This document shows positions 58,737 to 64,000 of a DNA stretch of 64,000 nucleotides, in pieces. Numbering within the stretch: the stretch's first letter is position 1; every line of letters starts with the position of its first letter. The notes under the pieces were generated by a model. It was given only the letters and a program-made list of their open reading frames with translations, was not told the origin of the DNA and did not search any database. The stretch comes from a bacterium (GTDB lineage: Bacteria > UBA10199 > 2-02-FULL-50-16 > JAJFLM01): positions 32,001 to 96,000 of the forward strand of contig CBDCFN010000016.1 of assembly GCA_965216315.1 (NCBI GenBank), in the 5' to 3' direction. A program made the position numbers and the translations under genes.

Positions 58737-59422
58737 TGGTAAGGTCTTGGGCCCTCTTAGTTGCTCTTCTTTGTGGGAACGCTGTTGCACTGAATGCGTC
58801 GGCTGCCTCCCAAGCGAATCTTTTAACCAACCCATCGTTTGAAAAGGGACGCCAAGGTTGGGAATGGCGCCAGAAGAATCCTCATTGGAATAACTTTGAA
58901 CTAAGTCCGGATCAAGGCCTTCAGAGTGGCAAGGCAGCTCTGATGCCCATGCGTTATCAAGCGGATAAGCCATCGCCGGCGGTTTGGGGGTTGGTACAGA
59001 AAAAGTCTATTCGCGAACTGCCGCGCGAATTGAGTTTTTCGTATCGAGTCGAAAACTGGCAACGGGCCGTGCCACGACAGTACATCCAAGTCGTCGTGAT
59101 GATCCATGACGATAAGTTAGTCTCGCGTCTGCAGCACAACACGATGCAGTTGCGCTACATCGTGGCGGGAACGGCGGCGCCGCCGTATGAGAATATCGTG
59201 AACGCGCGCTACGTCATGGCCGGCACACGGGAGCCGTTTCAAGGGCGATGGATCCAGTTTAAGGCCGATCTGCCGCGTGATTTCAAACGGGTCTGGGGCT
59301 GGGCGCCGAAAGATTTCTCTGCACTCGAGATCTTTTTTGAAGTCCGTTATGACGATGCGGTTGAGGGCTCTGTTCGTCCCCGAGCGGATGTGTATTGGGA
59401 TGAGATTAAATTAATGTATTGA
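58736..59422 (+). CDS. Secreted protein, galactose-binding/CBM-like fold likely
   Basis: Signal peptide; NLL.NPSFE start and VYWDEI end typical of CBM4/9-like sandwiches. Confidence 0.6.
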   Translation: MVRSWALLVALLCGNAVALNASAASQANLLTNPSFEKGRQGWEWRQKNPHWNNFELSPDQGLQSGKAALMPMRYQADKPSPAVWGLVQKKSIRELPRELSFSYRVENWQRAVPRQYIQVVVMIHDDKLVSRLQHNTMQLRYIVAGTAAPPYENIVNARYVMAGTREPFQGRWIQFKADLPRDFKRVWGWAPKDFSALEIFFEVRYDDAVEGSVRPRADVYWDEIKLMY

Positions 59423-59473
59423 TGTATTGTGTGGAAGTATTCACAATCGTTCATATTGACGTAAGTGGACGCG

Positions 59474-62470
59474 TTATTCGCTCGAGTGTGCAGACATATA
59501 TGCGGTAAGTTTGTTTAGATCGATCCGGTCGGTCTCAATGAATCGCGGCATAGACAACCAGAAATAATCAAAAAAGGCTTCAGGTCCCAGGGCCTCTTGC
59601 CACAGTGACTCAAGGGCCACGGTATGTCGCTGGGGATCGCGCTTAATCAGGCGACGCGAGCGGTGGATCAGGTCGACGAGGCTCTGTGCCGTTTGGTTCC
59701 ATTCGCCGCTGATGGCGTAGGACTTGCGCAGTCCGATGAAAACGCGTTCCAACATCCGGTCCGTGCCCCGGCTAACTAGTGCCAGCATCTGTTCAGCGCT
59801 TGCGATATGCCTTTTAAGGGGTTCCGGATTAATATCCAATACGAACTTAGTCCCGTTCAAATAATCAATAGGGTTTTGCGGCGCTAAGGCCTCGGTCCAG
59901 GCCTGAATCAGCTGGTCGCGGTCTTGTATCCCATGATAATAAGCCAGTAGTTTCGCGAAGTCATGGCGCGCCGTTTCGCTCCCATGCTCTTTAAAGAAGA
60001 GGCGACGCTCTCTTTGCTCGCGAGCTAACATGTGAACCAACTTGACAAAAGCATTCGATCGGGAAAGGGGTCGGAGACCTTCGAAACTGGTTCTGCGCCA
60101 AAAAGGTTTCTCTATATACCCTGTAAATTGTTTTGAACGCGATGGATGACGCAGCTTACGCAGGGCTTTGGCCTCAATTTGGCGGATTCTTTCTCTTGAT
60201 ACTTCAAATTTATCTGCCACTTCATCAAATATGTAGTCGCGCCGCTTATCAATGCCAAAGCGCAATCGAATGACTTTTTCTTCGCGTGGCGTTAATGTCT
60301 TCAGGGCGCGAGGCACAAGGTCGGTTAGCTCTATCAAGTCATAAGCTTGATCCGGACTCTTTGTGGCGACAGGTTGGTAGCCAGTTACTGCGGCGGCATT
60401 TATCACGTCCTGAGCTGTACCCGTAGCAATTTCCTCGCACCAACCTGCTTTAAGTTCATGTTCGGCGAGGGCCTCTTCTAATGAGACGATTGCCTCTGCA
60501 GATGAAAACGGTGTCGTAACTGTAAAGACCGGCGAAAACAGCATGTCAGTAATGCGCTGGGTAACAGGAGAGTTTTTTTTAAGGTTAAACTTGCCGTTAA
60601 AAATATGGCTCCAGTTCACATAGGAAGCATGCCCTGTAAAGCCCAGTCTTCGCACGGCCTCGCGAATGGGCCCTATGCCCACCAGGTGAAGCGTCGAGCG
60701 TCGTATCAAGCGGATGAACTCGCGGACCTTGGGACCACCATCCTCTGACAGCGGATGTATATACTCAATTGCTTCCAGCGCATCTTGTTCCCAGACACGC
60801 AAGAGATCGTTAGGTTCAAGCCCCAAGCGTTTGGCTATCATGCGAACCTCATGAGTGGTTCTAGGTAAAGCCCCGTATAGATAACTATTAACCGTATCCA
60901 GATCGGCATCCAAGGCATTTGAGAGGGCCGTCATGTCACCCGCAAATCGCCCGGCCAACACATCCTCTAAGACTTTTTGTAACTGGCCTTCTTCATATTG
61001 AAAGCGGGTGGATTCCGTTGTAAAACGAAACTCCAAGCCGCGACGTGTTCCATGACGGGGTGTGAAAATTCGCCGCTTGACGATACTGTTGGATCGACCG
61101 TGATTTGGTCGAGGGATATTGAGCGGGTCATATTCGATTCCATCGGCGACACGATTCATAATATTAAAAAAGCGTGCGAGGTGCGCCATGTAATCGCGTG
61201 CACTCCCCGCGCTCTTCATTTCGATATTGAGGATCGTGCGTTGTTCTTCATCATCATGCACGCCCAAAGCGCGCCCCACTCGCTGCCCGTAGCGCCGTAA
61301 AGAGCTGCACTCGTAGTCATGGATGATGCCCTCGGTGCCACGGGCCCGATAACCGAAGGCGAGCATGCCGATGCTGATCAGCACCTTAACTCCGGAGCCG
61401 TCGCTATAGCCGGCAACGGCTTCGTCTAGTTCATCGTCCGGCATGCCCGAATAAATCGCTTTGGCGTAACCTTTGCCAAAACGGTCATTAAAGACCTGTT
61501 CATGGATTTGGGCGTGAAGAATCGACGAGGTAAAGAGTAAGGTTTTTTTGTCGTCGAGATGTTGTTGGTAGACATCCGCGACAGCCTGGCTCTGGATAAC
61601 AGAGGCATCGGGAATTTCGAGCCATTCATCCGATTTTTGGTGCAGGTGCGAGCGGATGATGACATCGTATTTTACGGAGAGTCCCTTGATCTTATGGAGG
61701 TAACCGCGTTCCATAAACCAACGTAGTCCCAGCGAAGAAATCTGTCGGCCGGTCCCAAATACTTTGTTCAATCGATATGGATCTGCGGTCAGTCCCAGTA
61801 AAAATTTTCCCGGATTTGCACTGATTTGTTGTTCTGAATCAAGAAAACCGAGATGCTCTAAGATTCGTTGCCAAGTCCCAGCCAGACTGAATGTCGCCTC
61901 GTCGATGACTACCAAAGCGAAACGGTCAGGATCCCATTGCTTGAGATTTTGTGCGCGTCCTAGAGTAAAGGCGCTGGCCAGGACAATATCATGCTTTCCA
62001 GTATAATCCTTGTGCTTGGCATCGATAATGCCGATACGCATTTGCGGTACGAATGATTGCAGGTCATCAAGGATCTGCTTGGTAATGATGCGATAGGGTG
62101 AGATCACCAGGGTCGTTTTGCCTGGAAAAATTTGTGCAGCGGCCTCCGCGAGGGGTCCGATGATCATTGTCTTGCCGGTCTGCGTGGGAGCGCGCATCAG
62201 AATGCGATCATGACCGGCTTGCATGGTCTCGACGACAGAATTTAATTGAGCTCGTTGATAGTCACGGAATTGGAGAATTGATTCGTCAGTAGCAGTGGCC
62301 TCTTCGAGAGGGGCCCAAAAACGAGGGATGCTCCATTCATGCGAAGCTGTGAGAAAAGAGGGTGCATTCCATCCCGATAGAAGGTGTAAGCTCTGTGGTA
62401 CCTGCCCAAGTATCGGAATAGCAATGGCCGGAGTTGCAAAAGGAATACTGATGGGTGCAATAAAACTCAT
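59474..62470 (-). CDS. Degenerate SF2 helicase + XRE-like HTH + RpoD-like sigma region 4 fusion
   Basis: RDYQ, PTQTGKT, IDEAT, GLTADP, QRVGRALG; LTPREEKVIRLRFG...VSRERIRQIEAKALRKLRHPSRS; start moved to ATG 62470. Confidence 0.8.
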   Translation of the reverse strand: MSFIAPISIPFATPAIAIPILGQVPQSLHLLSGWNAPSFLTASHEWSIPRFWAPLEEATATDESILQFRDYQRAQLNSVVETMQAGHDRILMRAPTQTGKTMIIGPLAEAAAQIFPGKTTLVISPYRIITKQILDDLQSFVPQMRIGIIDAKHKDYTGKHDIVLASAFTLGRAQNLKQWDPDRFALVVIDEATFSLAGTWQRILEHLGFLDSEQQISANPGKFLLGLTADPYRLNKVFGTGRQISSLGLRWFMERGYLHKIKGLSVKYDVIIRSHLHQKSDEWLEIPDASVIQSQAVADVYQQHLDDKKTLLFTSSILHAQIHEQVFNDRFGKGYAKAIYSGMPDDELDEAVAGYSDGSGVKVLISIGMLAFGYRARGTEGIIHDYECSSLRRYGQRVGRALGVHDDEEQRTILNIEMKSAGSARDYMAHLARFFNIMNRVADGIEYDPLNIPRPNHGRSNSIVKRRIFTPRHGTRRGLEFRFTTESTRFQYEEGQLQKVLEDVLAGRFAGDMTALSNALDADLDTVNSYLYGALPRTTHEVRMIAKRLGLEPNDLLRVWEQDALEAIEYIHPLSEDGGPKVREFIRLIRRSTLHLVGIGPIREAVRRLGFTGHASYVNWSHIFNGKFNLKKNSPVTQRITDMLFSPVFTVTTPFSSAEAIVSLEEALAEHELKAGWCEEIATGTAQDVINAAAVTGYQPVATKSPDQAYDLIELTDLVPRALKTLTPREEKVIRLRFGIDKRRDYIFDEVADKFEVSRERIRQIEAKALRKLRHPSRSKQFTGYIEKPFWRRTSFEGLRPLSRSNAFVKLVHMLAREQRERRLFFKEHGSETARHDFAKLLAYYHGIQDRDQLIQAWTEALAPQNPIDYLNGTKFVLDINPEPLKRHIASAEQMLALVSRGTDRMLERVFIGLRKSYAISGEWNQTAQSLVDLIHRSRRLIKRDPQRHTVALESLWQEALGPEAFFDYFWLSMPRFIETDRIDLNKLTAYMSAHSSE

Positions 62471-62478
62471 TGCGAGGC

Positions 62479-62505
62479 TTATCGGCGCCGATAGGATCTT
62501 GTTGC
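62479..62505 (-). promoter_or_regulatory. Sigma-28-like promoter (GCAAC-N14-GCCGATAA), leaderless
   Basis: Plus strand TTATCGGC 62479-62486 and GTTGC 62501-62505; ATG 8 nt downstream. Confidence 0.8.
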
Positions 62506-62599
62506 AGACTAAGTCTTTGAGCGAATTATTTTTGTTCACGAGAGTGAACGAGCTGTTTGCTAGCGACGCAGAGAATCAAAGACGACCGGTTTTAAAGGG

Positions 62600-63415
62600 T
62601 TAGAGCCCCATAATCACATCCACTTCATAACCAACCAGAACATTAAGCTGTGCATCTGTCACACCATCTGCTCGGATCCGATCAATTCGTGACGCTGAAA
62701 AACTAATGACATAATAAATGGACTCTAGAATCTCCGCACCGTCCGACGAATCTTTAAGAGCACACTCAATAGTCGACCGTGTCCAAGGTCGCAGCAAATA
62801 ACACCTGAGTAAGTCGGGTAGGGCTTGACTCGCATTGCGATCGCACAAAGTGAAAATCGCGGGAACGACCATTAAGTCGTCCGGATCCCCGAGCAACGTG
62901 CGATTAAGATCTGTTACCGTTTTATCATCGCATTCGAGAAGTCTTTCATGAGCCATGTGGCGAAGCAGCTGCTCTTGCCGGTAATCTAATGCAATATCCA
63001 GTAGCTGTTGCTTAGAACAAGCGTCGAGTTGGTGTGTCAGAATAATCTGCGGATCTGCGTCATTAAGTATCACTCCAGTCATAATTCTTTCAATTAACTT
63101 TTGGTCATCTGGATGTAGCACTACTGGTGACTCGAAATCGATGAACTCATCGACTGATGATGCCATAGCGCTTTCAATTTGATCAGTTAGCAAGGCTAAA
63201 CTCTGCCGTTCCGTCCGAAACGGTGTGGCGGTCAAAGCATAGTTTGAGGGTAAGCAGAGCCGCTGAAATTCGTCATGACTCGCGCTCAGTTGTTCAATAT
63301 TCGACACTGCTGGTTGTGCGTTAATCGTCGCGCTGGTAGCACTACCGGTATTAATTAAGGCCGCGCCGCTCGCGACGGAACAGAGCTGCGCGGATGTTAG
63401 TAAAACGTTATACAT
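62600..63415 (-). CDS. Hypothetical protein, S/T/A-rich N-terminus, HEAT-like helices
   Basis: GAGGAGG RBS; LLGDPDDLMVVPAIFTL....A.QALP.L resembles a HEAT repeat. Confidence 0.65.
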   Translation of the reverse strand: MYNVLLTSAQLCSVASGAALINTGSATSATINAQPAVSNIEQLSASHDEFQRLCLPSNYALTATPFRTERQSLALLTDQIESAMASSVDEFIDFESPVVLHPDDQKLIERIMTGVILNDADPQIILTHQLDACSKQQLLDIALDYRQEQLLRHMAHERLLECDDKTVTDLNRTLLGDPDDLMVVPAIFTLCDRNASQALPDLLRCYLLRPWTRSTIECALKDSSDGAEILESIYYVISFSASRIDRIRADGVTDAQLNVLVGYEVDVIMGL

Positions 63416-63452
63416 GGTCGTTCCTCCTCAAATGCCCCACACACGTTAGCGC

Positions 63453-63479
63453 TTATCGGATGAGCCAATTGAATGTTGA
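63453..63479 (-). promoter_or_regulatory. Sigma-28-like promoter (TCAAC-N14-TCCGATAA)
   Basis: Plus strand TTATCGGA 63453-63460 and GTTGA 63475-63479. Confidence 0.72.
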
Positions 63480-63572
63480 GCGGAATGGCCTTGCAGTCAT
63501 TATTTCCGTTCACGGGAGTGGACGTGTGATCCACTCGAGTGTGCGAATAAATAATTGTATAGCAAAAGTTGC

Positions 63573-63599
63573 ACAACAATAGCTACGGAACGCCGACCG
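63573..63599 (+). promoter_or_regulatory. Sigma-28-like promoter (ACAAC-N14-GCCGACCG)
   Basis: Same -35 and spacing; weaker -10. Confidence 0.5.
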
Positions 63600-63625
63600 C
63601 TTAAAGCGATAGGAGGATCTTATTT

Positions 63626-64000
63626 ATGTACGTTGCCTCAGCAATAGCACTTGATTCATCAGGCCTGATAGCCGCGTCGACTTTTTCAACGGCTCAGATT
63701 AGTTCTGCTCATGTAACAGGAGACGCATCCATGATTGAGCCACCTGCAACGTCCTTGCCCGTTGCCGGGTGGCGCTCTTTTGGTCTACGTTCGGCTTCGA
63801 TTGTCCCCAAGTTATTATTGCCTTTGTCTTTGTTGGCGACGGGTTGTGAGCCGAGGAGTGCGCATACAACTCCTAAAACACCCTCTGTTGTGACAATTTC
63901 CTCCGAGGAAGAAATTCAGGCGGGGCCTCTCAATGATGACCTCCGTCTTGATGAGAGCGATCCGGAGAATCCGCTGCTGATCATTGAGGATTGGCATCTG
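63626..64000 (+). CDS. 5' part of a hypothetical protein (runs off the window), S/T/A-rich leader then internal lipobox
   Basis: Hand-translated MYVASAIALDSSGLIAASTF...PKLLLPLSLLATGCEP..., open to the window end; AGGAGG RBS. Confidence 0.7.
   Translation, partial: MYVASAIALDSSGLIAASTFSTAQISSAHVTGDASMIEPPATSLPVAGWRSFGLRSASIVPKLLLPLSLLATGCEPRSAHTTPKTPSVVTISSEEEIQAGPLNDDLRLDESDPENPLLIIEDWHL

Noticed and set aside
62471..62539. N-terminal extension of the helicase ORF
   Set aside because: Covers the promoter motif; ATG 62470 fits leaderless spacing.
59474..63415. Restriction or anti-phage defence island
   Set aside because: No methylase, nuclease or other defence gene adjacent; helicase motifs are degenerate.
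1..64000. tRNA, rRNA, transposase, integrase or prophage genes
   Set aside because: None recognised by eye; tRNAscan-SE and Infernal would be needed to exclude small RNAs.

Overview
A 64-kb chromosomal segment from a bacterium with deltaproteobacterial-type gene content and order (rplM-rpsI-argC, hemC-cobA/hemD, several sigma-54 activators, a kinase-AAA-TPR-GAF-bEBP hybrid, myxobacteria-style Cys-rich lipoproteins). The taxonomy is inferred, not determined. Housekeeping blocks (mrp, dcd, purU/M/N, rpsP-khpA-trmD-rplS-rnhB without rimM, folC, hemB-polA, hemC, argC, hisC) alternate with orphan genes. No rRNA, tRNA, CRISPR array, transposase or prophage was seen. Best candidate for an undescribed system: seven scattered orphan transcription units share a variant sigma-28-like promoter (NCAAC-N14-NNCGA[T/C]AA, three of them leaderless). 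Most encode proteins with a Ser/Thr/Ala/Leu-rich N-terminus that is not a classical signal peptide, fused to a toxin-like or degenerate domain: transglutaminase-like, GNAT-like, TonB-C-like pair, degenerate SF2 helicase + HTH + RpoD region 4, or an internal lipobox. This suggests a co-regulated arsenal of proteins exported by a flagellar/type III route into other cells. Second candidate: an 8.5-kb surface locus with a TraB-like barrel/OmpA protein, three paralogous lipoproteins ending in PTF and a 1117-aa Cys-rich lipoprotein. Also seen: three sigma-54 promoters (one driving three microproteins), many apparently leaderless sigma-70 genes, and a REP palindrome inserted in frame in trmD.
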